Program-made: the position numbers and the translations under genes
Origin: Flectonema sp. DT1601
Lineage: Eukaryota
Direction: 5' to 3'
DNA length: 64,000 bases
Assembly: GCA_964019425.1 (NCBI GenBank)
Contig: OZ025785.1
Location: forward strand, 1-64,000
The notes under the pieces: generated by a model
What the model was told of the DNA's origin: nothing
Database searches by the model: none
What the model saw: only the letters and a program-made list of their open reading frames with translations
Shown: piece after piece, positions 18,731 to 29,711 of the stretch
Layout: the number at the start of each line of letters is the position of its first letter
Numbering within the stretch: the first letter of the stretch is position 1

Positions 18731-20638
18731 TTAGTTAGTCTCAGTATTGGGTTGGTAGGTACAAAATAATAAAGCAGTGACTAAATAAAGCAAGATGATA
18801 AGCTTGTTACAACCTAAAACCAACCGGAAGAAGGTGTTGATCTTATATTTAAAAATATATTCAACTTCCCTTTTAACGACATCACTGCACTCCCCCAACC
18901 CCCTGACAACTTTCTTAGTCAGTTTTGTTTCCTTCAGGAAACTTCCTCCTATTTTGCTCACCTTCTTCAAACCGGAAACATCGATGGAGGTGAGGGACTC
19001 ACAGTTATTAATAAAGTAATCGCCAACACTCGTAACTTCAGTCAAAGAAGACAAGTCTACGCAAGTCAGACACTTTGAATTATACAAGAATCCATCTCCT
19101 ATTTTAGTCAGCTTCTTCAAACCGGAAACATCGATGGAGGTGAGGGACTCACAGCCTCTAATAAAGTCATCGCCAACACTCGTTACTTCACTCAAGGAAG
19201 ACAAGTCTACGCTAGTCAGAGACTTTGAATTATGCAAGAATCCACTTCCTATTGTAGTCAGTTTCTGAAAACCTGAAACATCGATGGAGGTGAGGGACTC
19301 ACAGTTATAAATAAAGTCATCGCCAACCCTAGTAACTTCACTCAAGGAAGACAAGTCTACGCTAGTCAGAGACTTTGAATTATGCAAGAATCCGCTTCCT
19401 ATTTTAGTCAGTTTCTGAAAACCGGAAACATCGATGGAGGTGAGGGACTCACAGTTATAAATAAAGTAATTGCCAACACTCGTTGCTTCACTCAAGGAAG
19501 ACAAATTTACGCTAGTCAGAGACTTTGAATTATGCAAGAATCCATCTCCTATTTTAGTCAGTTTCTGAAAACCGGAAACATCGATGGAGATGAGGGACTC
19601 ACAGTTGCTAACAAAGTCGTCTCCAACACTTGTTACTTTACTCAGACAGGATAAATTAACGTGAGTCAGAGACTTCAAGTTGTTCAAGAACTTGCTGGGG
19701 ATGATCGTCACATTGTGCAAAGAAGTGAAATCGATTGACGTCAGCGAGTCACAACTGTCTGACAGGAACTCTTGCTCAAATGCAGTGCAACGGCTGCAGT
19801 TGGTGATTGACAACCGACGGATGGAAGGTGGCAGCATGTCACAATCACCAGAAAGGGTGCCTTCATCGTCGATATATTCTGAGGCATCGAAGACATACAA
19901 CATGTCGGGATTTTGTGTGAACAAAGCGTCAATTCGAGTATGAAGATGTGAAGTTTTCAACTCCTCCGCAGTCACAACACGTTCAGACCGAGGCAATTTG
20001 TATGTTCTTTTCACAGTACCCCAGTTGTTCGAATCTTCCAGCTCACGGAGGATCTCGGCACCCCATGAGGTGTTGTCAAATTGGGATTTCACTTCTTCCT
20101 TCGACGAATGGGAGAGTCTCGGCCAGTCCAGCAACAGGAAGAGTTCCTTCCTGAGTTGGGCTGGGACACCCTCCTCTGTTTCACCCATGCCCAAGTAACC
20201 AATTTGAAGTGTGTTGAAATACTCATCCTCGTTCAGCAGCCGAGGGAAGCAGGTGGACGAGAATACATTCCTCAGGTCATCTTCGACCAACTCCAACTTC
20301 CCGTCCCCCTTGAGATCAGCTTTAACAAACCCGATATCGGCACACTTCATGTCAGGATGCAAGGAAAGGGTTCCCAGTAATCGCGAGCTTCCTTCCACCA
20401 ACTTCGCCGACTCCTTCTCCCTCGCCACCCGGTGTACTTCCTTGTACGTCGTCAATTCAGTCGCAGCCTCAGCATCCGTCATTCCAACCATGATCTCCTC
20501 CGACGATCTGAGAACGTCAGAAAAGCTGTCCATCAGCGCCCCCGACTCTTCCTTCCGACTCACTACTTCCACGAGCAGCTTCGCCATGAACCTCTGATGG
20601 CTCCTCAAAACAGAGGACAGGGAATCGACAGTTGCCAT
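18731..20638 (-). CDS. LRR protein, 635 aa, diverged paralog with more repeats and a hydrophobic C-terminal stretch
   Basis: Same N-terminal region; 150-bp DNA periodicity; cap followed by LIILLYLVTALLFC. Confidence 0.85.
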   Translation of the reverse strand: MATVDSLSSVLRSHQRFMAKLLVEVVSRKEESGALMDSFSDVLRSSEEIMVGMTDAEAATELTTYKEVHRVAREKESAKLVEGSSRLLGTLSLHPDMKCADIGFVKADLKGDGKLELVEDDLRNVFSSTCFPRLLNEDEYFNTLQIGYLGMGETEEGVPAQLRKELFLLLDWPRLSHSSKEEVKSQFDNTSWGAEILRELEDSNNWGTVKRTYKLPRSERVVTAEELKTSHLHTRIDALFTQNPDMLYVFDASEYIDDEGTLSGDCDMLPPSIRRLSITNCSRCTAFEQEFLSDSCDSLTSIDFTSLHNVTIIPSKFLNNLKSLTHVNLSCLSKVTSVGDDFVSNCESLISIDVSGFQKLTKIGDGFLHNSKSLTSVNLSSLSEATSVGNYFIYNCESLTSIDVSGFQKLTKIGSGFLHNSKSLTSVDLSSLSEVTRVGDDFIYNCESLTSIDVSGFQKLTTIGSGFLHNSKSLTSVDLSSLSEVTSVGDDFIRGCESLTSIDVSGLKKLTKIGDGFLYNSKCLTCVDLSSLTEVTSVGDYFINNCESLTSIDVSGLKKVSKIGGSFLKETKLTKKVVRGLGECSDVVKREVEYIFKYKINTFFRLVLGCNKLIILLYLVTALLFCTYQPNTETN

Positions 20639-21700
20639 TTTCTTAAACTGGATGAGTTTCTGGTGATGAAGAATTAATTCAAGATGCGTAACTTCAATTC
20701 AAGAATGAAGGAAACTGCTGTGAGTCAACTTCCCACTTGTCTGGAAACCACCTGAAGAATATCAGCGTGTGATGAATTAAAACTCCGACTTCGATACCAT
20801 TGTACGCAAGAGACACCAGGCTGCTGCAGCACTCGAATTGAATGCTCAACTTGATTCTAATATTTCCTTCTCGATGTCCCGATTCACACAGATGCCCACA
20901 GCACCAAAGAGAACCCGTCTCTTACTAAGATGATGCAAGTGGATGAACCAAACTAAAGTGTTGGATGTGATATTACAACAATCGGACAACAAATTAAATA
21001 AGCAGATGGATCCTTTGATTCGACTTAGTGTAATATATTCTAACGGCTCGTTGCAGAAATTTCAATTCGTGAGACCCTGAGAAGGGATCTTTATCCTTTA
21101 TGTACTGTCCTTGGCTGTTGAAGTAAATAAACAATTACACAACTCACTAGAAGATGAATCATAGATCAATTACATAAAAAATATAATTGAGCCTTTGATC
21201 TTATTCAGTAATTCCTGAGGGGTGAGGTATAATAAGAGTTAAATAATCACGTCGCATCCCCAGCGTGGTACCGCAACAAGGAGCACACACTGCACGTTAA
21301 ATGTCTACCCCGAATAAGAAAATAAAAGAGAAAAACTGTCGCGGGATTGTCATGTACGGTGACTAACAGCCGCGCAGTTGCCCGGAGAGGTAAGCAAAGT
21401 TAAATATCGGTCCAGGCTAAGGTTGCAGTGAAACTACTGTGCCGGTGTAAGGATCGGCTTTCTAAGCGTTCGTTGATCTAAGACATCTGTCTTGTGTACA
21501 AAAGTGTATTCTTGTTATTTTTAGCTATTTCTATTATGTGAGTCTCTCCGTAGACTTCGATGTAAAAACCCGATTCGTGGTTGTTGGATATCTAATTCGG
21601 GAATTCTCTTTATTATTTTTTTTTCAATTAAAAAAAAGTCAAAAATAATTTAAAATAAAACATCACCATCACCAGATCTATCAATATGAAGTACATCACA

Positions 21701-21831
21701 ATTCCTTTCGGATTCAGGCTTGGGATGTTCCCTGTTCACTCGCCGTTACTGGGAGAATCGCTGTTGCTTTCTTTTCCTGTGCTGAGTGATATGCTTAAGT
21801 TCAGCACGTAGATCTTCAACTGCTGAGGTCG
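21701..21831 (-). rRNA. ~130-bp fragment of the 5' end of 28S (LSU) rRNA
   Basis: Reverse complement reads GACCTCAG...GCTGAACTTAAGCATATCACTCAGCACAGGAAAAGAAAGCAAC...CAGTAACGGCGAGTGAA, the conserved LSU 5' end. Confidence 0.88.
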
Positions 21832-22249
21832 GTAAGAAGTGAGTCGCAATCACATTGGCCTCCCGTAACCACATCAAAATATATGAGATCCTCTTATCCT
21901 CTTATAATAATTCTTAATAATCGGTTGGACACATTGATGTCATCCAACACCTTCCTCATCACTTTGATTGTTCGATCTTTTAGTGGAATTGATTCTTAAT
22001 TTCCTCCTTCTCGTCAATGATATGCGAGCTTTCAACAGATTGACAGATGAACAGCAGCTGACAAAACTATTGAACGTCCGAGTGGTAAGTTAAGGAAGTC
22101 ATCAATGTAGCAGCAGGAGTTCCGAATACGGTATTTTCAATTCGAATAATTACTTTCAGTGAGTACAGTGACGGGAGCTAATTATTTACCAACTGGCTGA
22201 AGGTGGTCATCTCATATTTTAGAATAATATTATATTTAACTTCCGAAAT

Positions 22250-22579
22250 TCCTTCTTAACGAAATCACTACATTCATACAATCCCCTGACAACTTTCTTA
22301 GTCAGTTTTGTTTCCTTCAGGAAACTTCTTCCTATTTTACTCACCTTCTTCAAACTGGAAACATCGAGTTGTTCAAGAACTTGCTGGGGATGGCCGTCAC
22401 ATTGTGCAAAGAAGTGAAATTGATTGACGTCAGCGAGTCACAACTGTCTGACAGGAACTCTTGCTCAAAAGCAGTGCAACGGCTGCAGTTGGTGAATGAC
22501 AACCGACGGATGCAAGACGGAAGCATCTCAACACAATCACTAGAAAGGGTGCCTTCATCGTCGATATATTCTGAGGCAT
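22250..22579 (-). pseudogene. LRR gene fragment with an internal deletion joining the first repeats to the terminal repeat/cap
   Basis: 22368-22579 matches ASEYIDDEGTL...KFLNN; 22250-22367 matches the terminal repeat and cap DNA; no 5' end. Confidence 0.8.
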
Positions 22580-24125
22580 GTACTTTTCCTTGGCTTGTTA
22601 AGATTGTCATGGCAATGTTTAGGCTGGCAGAGCATACTGAACAGTAATAACCGAATAGGTCAGCTGTTGCAAAAAAGAGAAAGCGTGGGAGGAATAGAAA
22701 AGAAAGAAAAAAAAAGAAAACAAAGCCCGCGACCTAGAGATGGCGTTAAGAACCTCTCGTGTCAAAGAAAAACAACCAAAGAATGTTATAAAAGGGGTTT
22801 GGGGGAAGTACGCGACCTAAACAATCAAATGTTGTGAAGAACGAGACCTTGTCCTGAAGAATTTCAGGAAGGAGAATACTCGTTTAGCTTAACAGGGAAT
22901 ACTTTAATAGTTTTGAAATTTTATTATTTCTTGATTTTTCAATTTCGGGAAATTTTTTGTGTTGTGATCCGACATTACATTAACATTGAGGAATTGGAGG
23001 TTTGACCTTTTTTTTTTCTTTTTTTTCTGTATTTTTGTTTTTTCAAAATGAAAAATACAGAAATACAAATAAAATAAAAAAGAACAAGCCTTAACTAAGA
23101 TTTATATTTTGACGTCAACCACAGTGAGTGCCAACTCTGGAATCTGTAGTGGTTTTTAAGAAAGCAGATTAATTTAGTTGATGACACTCTCATAGTTTCT
23201 GAATGGTAATTTTATTCTCTTCTCAACCCAACTCTATTCTAAATGCTAAAAAAAATCAGCGATCGACATTCTGTCAACATTCTCTCTTCATCAGCACAAC
23301 AAGTATTTATTATTATGTTTCCTTTCATCAGTTTCTTAACAACAAAACCAAAGAATTCACTTATTCGGTCCATCAAGACGAATATAAAAAAATAACAAAA
23401 TGTTGAAACTTCTAACTGGGATTGCTCTGTTAGTCTTCTGGTTCGGGTTCTTCATCGCTGGAGTTGATTACACGAATGACGGTAACGGCCCGACCACGCC
23501 TCCGTCTGTTAGGAGCCTAAAGATGGTTCTAAGAACCTCTCGCGTTATGCTGCCACGATCCTCAATTGGGTTGGTAGGTACAAAATAATAAAGCAGTGAC
23601 TAAATAAAGCAAGATGATAAGCTTGTTACAACCTAAAACCAACTGGAAGAAGGTGTTGATCTTATATTTAAAAATATATTCAACTTCCCTTTTAACGACA
23701 TCACTGCACTCCTCCAATCCCCCGACGACTTTCTTAGTCAGTTTTGTTCCTTCAGGAAACTTCTTCCTATTTCGGTCACCATCTTCAAACTGGAAACATC
23801 GATGGAGGTGAGGGACTCACAGCTATTAATAAAGTGATCGCCAACACTCGTAACTTCACTCAAGGAAGACAAATCCACGCTAGTCAGAGACCTTGAATTA
23901 TGCAAGAACCCATGCCTTACTTTAGTGAGCTTCTGAAAACCGGAAACATCGATGGAGGTGAGGGACTCACAGTTACTAATAAAGTCATCACCAATGCTCG
24001 TAACTTCACTCAGAGAAGACATATCCACGCTAGTCAGACTCTTTGAATAACCTAAGAATCCACTTCCTATTTTAGTCACCTTCTTCAAACCGGAAACATC
24101 GATGGAGGTGAGGGACTCACAGTCA

Positions 24126-24832
24126 AAAAAAAAAAAAATAACCAGTGTTTAGGGGTTTGAATCCCATGGATCCCGTCGCTCAGGCGGTCCGGTGGAGAAC
24201 CGGGTAGGGCACTGTGAACGAGTTGCGGTCCAGGTGGCGTCGGAAGGCCACCGCACCAACAGATTTGTTTCTTCGCACAACAGTAGCTTGGAGACCGTAA
24301 GAGACCCAAGGTGGTTCACAACCGCTCGAACAACCGCGTGTGAAGGAACAAGATTGAAAAGAAAAGAATATAAGAAAAGAAATGCCACACACAAAAAACG
24401 ACGTAGTAAAGCAGAGAGGTAGGGGGAGGGATGGCCTCTTTCTCCACACATTGCATGGGAGCTCCCCGAGTAACTCGCGGGGCTGATACTGTTAATACAT
24501 TTCAGGCGACCTGAACTTATAATCCCCCCATGCGTGAAAAGACTAAACGGGGGAAGTTTGAAGGAAATGGGGGTAAAGGGAAATCATGCCACTAAGGAAA
24601 AAATAAAAACCCGGTGGCCCCTGTGAGCTCTGGGTGCCTGAGTATCCCGGGCCGGATCACCTGACCTTCTGCTATGTTGTCCTTTTTTTTTTTTTTAAAG
24701 GTTAGGCTACGGAGGAAAATAAAACGGGGGTAAAAGAATACACAGCAACAACAATACGTCAGCACTCTAGTTACACACAAGGTGCATCCAGGTAACACCA
24801 CGAGGAGGCGCGCTATCCGAGTTTCGTTACCC
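24126..24832 (-). mobile_element. ~700-bp non-autonomous retroposon (SINE/RIME-like) with a 5' HDV-like ribozyme and a T-rich 3' tail
   Basis: 20-bp target-site duplication aggtgagggactcacagtca at 24106-24125 and 24833-24852; no convincing ORF; sense-strand 3' end ...CACTGGTTA-Tn. Confidence 0.88.
24760..24832 (-). ncRNA. HDV-like self-cleaving ribozyme
   Basis: Minus strand: P1 GGGTAAC/GTTACCT (G1-U wobble), P2 TAGCGC/GTGCTG, P3 GCC/GGT, L3 TCCTCGT, J1/4 GG (P1.1), P4 TGCAC/GTGTA, J4/2 ACTAGA containing the candidate catalytic C. Confidence 0.85.
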
Positions 24833-26573
24833 AGGTGAGGGACTCACAGTCATGAATAAAGTAATCTCCCACACTTGTTACTTCACTCAAGGAAGACAAA
24901 TCTACGCTAGTCAGAGACTTTGAATTATACAAGAATCCATCTCCTATTTTAGTCAGCTTCTTCAAACCGGAAACATCGATGGAGGTTAGGGACTCGCAGT
25001 TATAAATAAAGCAATTGCCAACACTCGTTACTTACTCAGGGAAGATAAATTAACGTGAGTCAGAGACTTCAGGTTGTTCAAGAACTTGCTAGGGATGGCC
25101 GTCACATTGTACAAAGAAGTGAAATCGATTGACGTCAGCGAGTCACAACCGTCTGACAGGAACACTTGCTCAAAAGCAGTGCAACGGCTGCAGTTGGTGA
25201 ATGACAACCGACGGATAGAAGACGGAAGCATCTCAATACAATCACTAGAAAGGGTGCCTTCATCGTCGATATATTCTGAGGCATCGAGGACACACAACAT
25301 GTCGGGATTTAGTCCGAACAAATTGTCAATTCGAGTACGAAGATGTGAAGTTCTCAACTCCTCCGCAGTCACAACACGTTCATACCGAGGCCATTTGTAT
25401 GTTCTTTTCACAGTACCCCAGTTGCTCGAATCTTCCAGCTCACGGAGGATCTCGGCACCCCATGAGGTGTTGTCAAATTGGGATTTGACTTCTTCCTTCG
25501 ACGAATGGGAGAGTCTCGGCCAGTCCAGCAACAGGAAGAGTTCCTTCCTGAGTTGGGCTGGGACACCCTCCTCTGTTTCACCCATGCCCAAGTAACCAAT
25601 TTGAAGTGTGTTGAAATACTCATCCTCGTTCAGCATCCAAGGGAAGCAGGTGGACGAGAATACATTCCTCAGGTCATCTTCGACCAACTCCAACTTCCCG
25701 TCCCCCTTGAGATCAGCTTTAACAAACCCGATATCGGCACACTTCATGTCAGGATGCAAGGAAAGGGTTCCCAGTAATCGCGAGCTTCCTTCCACCAACT
25801 TCGCCGACTCCTTCTCCCTCGCCACCCGGTGTACTTCCTTGTACGTCGTCAATTCAGTCGCAGCCTCAGCATCCGTCATTCCAACCATGATCTTCTCCGA
25901 CGATCTGAGAACTTCTGAAAAGCTGTCCATCAGCGCCCGACTCCTCCTTCCGACTCACCACTTCCACGAGCAGCTTCGCCATGAACCTCTGATGGCTCCT
26001 CAAAACAGAGGACAGGGAATCGACAGTTGCCATTATTTTTAACTGGATGAGTTTCTGGTGATGAAGAATTAATTCAAAGGATACGTAACTTCAATTCAAG
26101 AATGAAGGAAACTGCTTGTGAGTCAACTTCCCACTTGTCTGGAAACCACTTGAAAATTATCAGCGTGTGATGAATTACTTCGATACCATTGTACATAAGA
26201 GACACCAAGGCAGCTGCAGCACTCGAATTGAATGCTCAACTCGATTCTAATATTTCTTTCTTTGTGTCCCAACTCATATGAAGGCAGCTGTACTGTCCTT
26301 GGCTGTTGAAGTAAACAAACAATTACACAACTCACAAAAGGGATGAATAACATATCAACGGGAAGCTGTGTCCTGACTTCACTAAATGAATACATTTTGT
26401 TTTCTACTGTTGTAGTGATTCTCAAAGGGAAAACCATGCTGAGTGCAGGATTTCAGGTCTTTTAGAGGATGAAGCAGCGAGTCCTTTAAAATCATTCCAA
26501 CGACATCACTGCAATCTTCCAATCCCTTGAAATCTTTCTCAGTCAGTTTTGTATGAAATAAATAATTTTAGAG

Positions 26574-28208
26574 TTACTTTCTCATTGCGCTTATCTCCAT
26601 TCGCGTAACATCACTACAGGAAGACAAATCTACGCTAGTCAGAGACTTTGAATTACGCAAGAATCCATATCCTATTTTAGTCAGCTTCCGAAAACCGGAA
26701 ACATCGATGGAGGTGAGGGACTCACAGTTACTAATAAAGTTATTGCTAACACTCGTAACTTCTCTCAAGGAAGACAAATCCACGCTAGTCAGACGCTTTG
26801 AATTAAACAAGAAAAAGCTTCCTATTTTAGTCAACTTTTGAAAACCGGAAACATCGATGGAGGTGAGGGACTCACAGTTACTCATAAAGTCATCGCCAAT
26901 GCTCGTGACTTCACTCAAGGAAGACAAATCCACGCTAGTCAGACACTTTGAACCATGTAAGAACCCATGCCTTATTTGAGTCAGCTTCTGAAGACCTGAA
27001 ACATCGATGGAGGTTAGTGACTCACAGTTATAAATAAAGTAATTGCCAACACTCGTAACTTCACTCAAGGAAGACAAGTCTACGCTAGTCAGACACTTTG
27101 AATTATACAAGAATCCATCTCCTATTTTAGTGAGCTTCTGAAAACCGGAAACATCGATGGAGATGAGGGACTCACAGTTTCTAATAAAGTGATCGCCAAC
27201 ACTCGTTACTTCCCTCAGACCGGATAAATTAACGTGAGTCAGAGACTTCAAGTTGTTCAAGAACTTGCTGGGGATGGCCGTCACATTGTACAAAGAAGTG
27301 AAATCGATTGACGTCAGCGAAAAACAACTGTCTGACAGGAACTCTTGCTCAAAAGCAGTGCAACGGCCGCAGTTGGTGAATGACAACCGACGGATAGAAG
27401 ACGGAAGCATCTCAACACAATCACTAAAAAGGGTGCCTTCATCGTCGATATATTCTGAGGCATCGAAGACACACAACATGTCGGGATTTTGTGTGAACAA
27501 AATGTCAATTCGAGTACGAAGATGTGAAGTCTTCAACTCCTCCGCAGTCACAACACGTTCAGGCCTCTTGTATGTTCTTTTCACAGTACCCCAGTTGTTC
27601 GAATCTTCCAGCTCACGGAGGATCTCGGCACCCCATGAGGTGTTGTCAAATTGGGATTTCACTTCTTCCTTCGACGAATGGGAGAGTCTCGGCCAGTCCA
27701 GCAACAGGAAGAGTTCCTTCCTGAGTTGGGCTGGGACACCCTCCTCTGTTTCACCCATGCCCAAGTAACCAATTTGAAGTGTGTTGAAATACTCATCCTC
27801 GTTCAGCATCCGAGGGAAGCAGGTGGACGAGAATACATTCCTCAGGTCATCTTCGACCAACTCCAACTTCCCGTCCCCCTTGAGATCAGCTTTAACAAAC
27901 CCGATATCGGCACACTTCATGTCAGGATGCAAGGAAAGGGTTCCCAGTAATCGCGAGCTTCCTTCCACCAACTTCGCCGACTCCTTCTCCCTCGCCACCC
28001 GGTGTACTTCCTTGTACGTCGTCAATTCAGTCGCAGCCTCAGCATCCGTCATTCCATCCATGATCTCCTCCGACGATCTGAGAACGTCAGAAAAGCTGTC
28101 CATCAGCGCCCCCGACTCCTCCTTCCGACTCACCACTTCCACGAGCAGCTTCGCCATGAACCTCTGATGGCTCCTCAAAACAGAGGACAGGGAATCGACA
28201 GTTGTCAT
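26574..28208 (-). CDS. LRR protein, 544 aa
   Basis: Intact ORF of the same family; ends MEISAMRK like the tandem copies. Confidence 0.85.
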   Translation of the reverse strand: MTTVDSLSSVLRSHQRFMAKLLVEVVSRKEESGALMDSFSDVLRSSEEIMDGMTDAEAATELTTYKEVHRVAREKESAKLVEGSSRLLGTLSLHPDMKCADIGFVKADLKGDGKLELVEDDLRNVFSSTCFPRMLNEDEYFNTLQIGYLGMGETEEGVPAQLRKELFLLLDWPRLSHSSKEEVKSQFDNTSWGAEILRELEDSNNWGTVKRTYKRPERVVTAEELKTSHLRTRIDILFTQNPDMLCVFDASEYIDDEGTLFSDCVEMLPSSIRRLSFTNCGRCTAFEQEFLSDSCFSLTSIDFTSLYNVTAIPSKFLNNLKSLTHVNLSGLREVTSVGDHFIRNCESLISIDVSGFQKLTKIGDGFLYNSKCLTSVDLSSLSEVTSVGNYFIYNCESLTSIDVSGLQKLTQIRHGFLHGSKCLTSVDLSSLSEVTSIGDDFMSNCESLTSIDVSGFQKLTKIGSFFLFNSKRLTSVDLSSLREVTSVSNNFISNCESLTSIDVSGFRKLTKIGYGFLRNSKSLTSVDLSSCSDVTRMEISAMRK

Positions 28209-29711
28209 TATTTTAAACTGGATGAGTTTCTGGTGATGAAGAATTAATTCAAGATGCGTAACTTCAATTCAAGAATGAAGGAAAACTGCTTGTGAGTCAA
28301 CTTCCCACTTGTCTGGAAACCACCTGAAGAATATCAGCGTGTGATGAATTAAAACTCCGACTTCGATACCATTGTACACAAGAGACACCAGGCAGCTGCA
28401 GTACTCGAATTGAATGCTCAACTCGATTCTAATATTTCTTTCTTTGTGTCCCAACTCATATGAAGGCAGCTGTACTGTCCTTGGCTGTTGAAGTAAACAA
28501 ACAATTACACAACTCACAAAAGGGATGAATAACATATCAACGGGAAGCTGTGTCCTGACTTCACTAAATTAATACATTTTGTTTTCTCCTGTTGTAGTGA
28601 TTCTTTGATTGTCTCACAGGCTGCTTCCTGAAACGAAAAACTACAAATCCCAATTCCCTCTCTTCATTTCTTTTAGTTCTTTCTTCTTTTTTTTTTTTAT
28701 TTGTTTTTCTTTTTTTGAACCAAAACGAGGGTTTATATCTTCGTTGTGGCATAACAATCCACTACTGGTATTCCCCAAATGCAAATATTTTGAAGAAATA
28801 TATAAAAATATTTATTATAGTGAGCGCCGCATAGAATATTACTTTTGTTGTTTGTACATTATACGTTTTTATATTTTGTTTTTGGTTTCTCTCTTGCTCT
28901 TCCCGCACACTCTCTCTCCTCTCTCTCTCTCTCTTTTCTTTAGAAAGCAGTAATAAAAATAGACAAAGAAAGAAATTCTGTATTGGCTTTATTTGAGTTT
29001 ACGTTTTTTTTTAATTTTTGGTAACCGTATATCAGTGCATACTCATAATGACTGCAGCATCCCAACAGGAACTACAAACATTGTTAAGGAGAAAGAACAA
29101 AACAAAACACAGCAGGTGTGGGAGAATAGTCGTAGAGTGGGAGAACTTCTCTCACAAGAAGGGTTTGTCACCTAAATCCTCACAACTACCACCTGTAAAA
29201 TTAAATCAGAACATTTTTCTTTTTTATAAAATGATTGTTAATCTGTACTTTACTTTATAGGCTTGTTTCCGTTTGCGTATAAAACAACGACAACGATTAC
29301 AGTATCTTATTCTCTTGTTGAATGGGATAGGAATAACACAAAAATATCTTTTTCTTCTTTTCAAAGGTGCGCATGCGTGTTGTTTAAAAAAAAGAATTGG
29401 CTTTATCTTCAACTATACAGAAAATAATGATAACACTGATTTGTTTGTTTGTGCACGAAACCGTGAACCGACTTAAACTGATAAAGCTAAAGGAGGTTTA
29501 CGTGTGCTGCCAACATTCTTTTTCGTTCTTACAATACTTGTTAAATGCAAAAAAAAAAAAAAAAGAGAAAACCATGCTGAGTGCAGGATTTCAGGTCTTT
29601 TAGAGGATGAAGCAGCGAGTCCTTTAAAATCATTCCAACGACATCACTGCAATCTTTCAATCCCTTGAAATCTTTCTCAGTCAGTTTGGTATGAAACAAA
29701 TAATTTTAGAG

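Larger units (their letters stand above)
23566..26033 (-). pseudogene. LRR pseudogene (frameshifts plus retroposon insertion)
   Basis: ATG at 26033; 2-nt deletion near 25936 (cagcgcccga vs cagcgcccccga); frameshift/stop at ~25028; insertion 24126-24832; further 1-nt deletion near 23748; 3' end matches the 18731 paralog. Confidence 0.85.

Noticed and set aside
22075..22100. tRNA-like GTCCGAGTGGT..TAAGG motif
   Set aside because: No T-arm, anticodon arm or acceptor stem.
28269..29603. Short ORFs repeated in every spacer (88, 62, 114, 80 aa etc.)
   Set aside because: Recur only because the DNA is duplicated; homopolymer-rich and disrupted in diverged copies.
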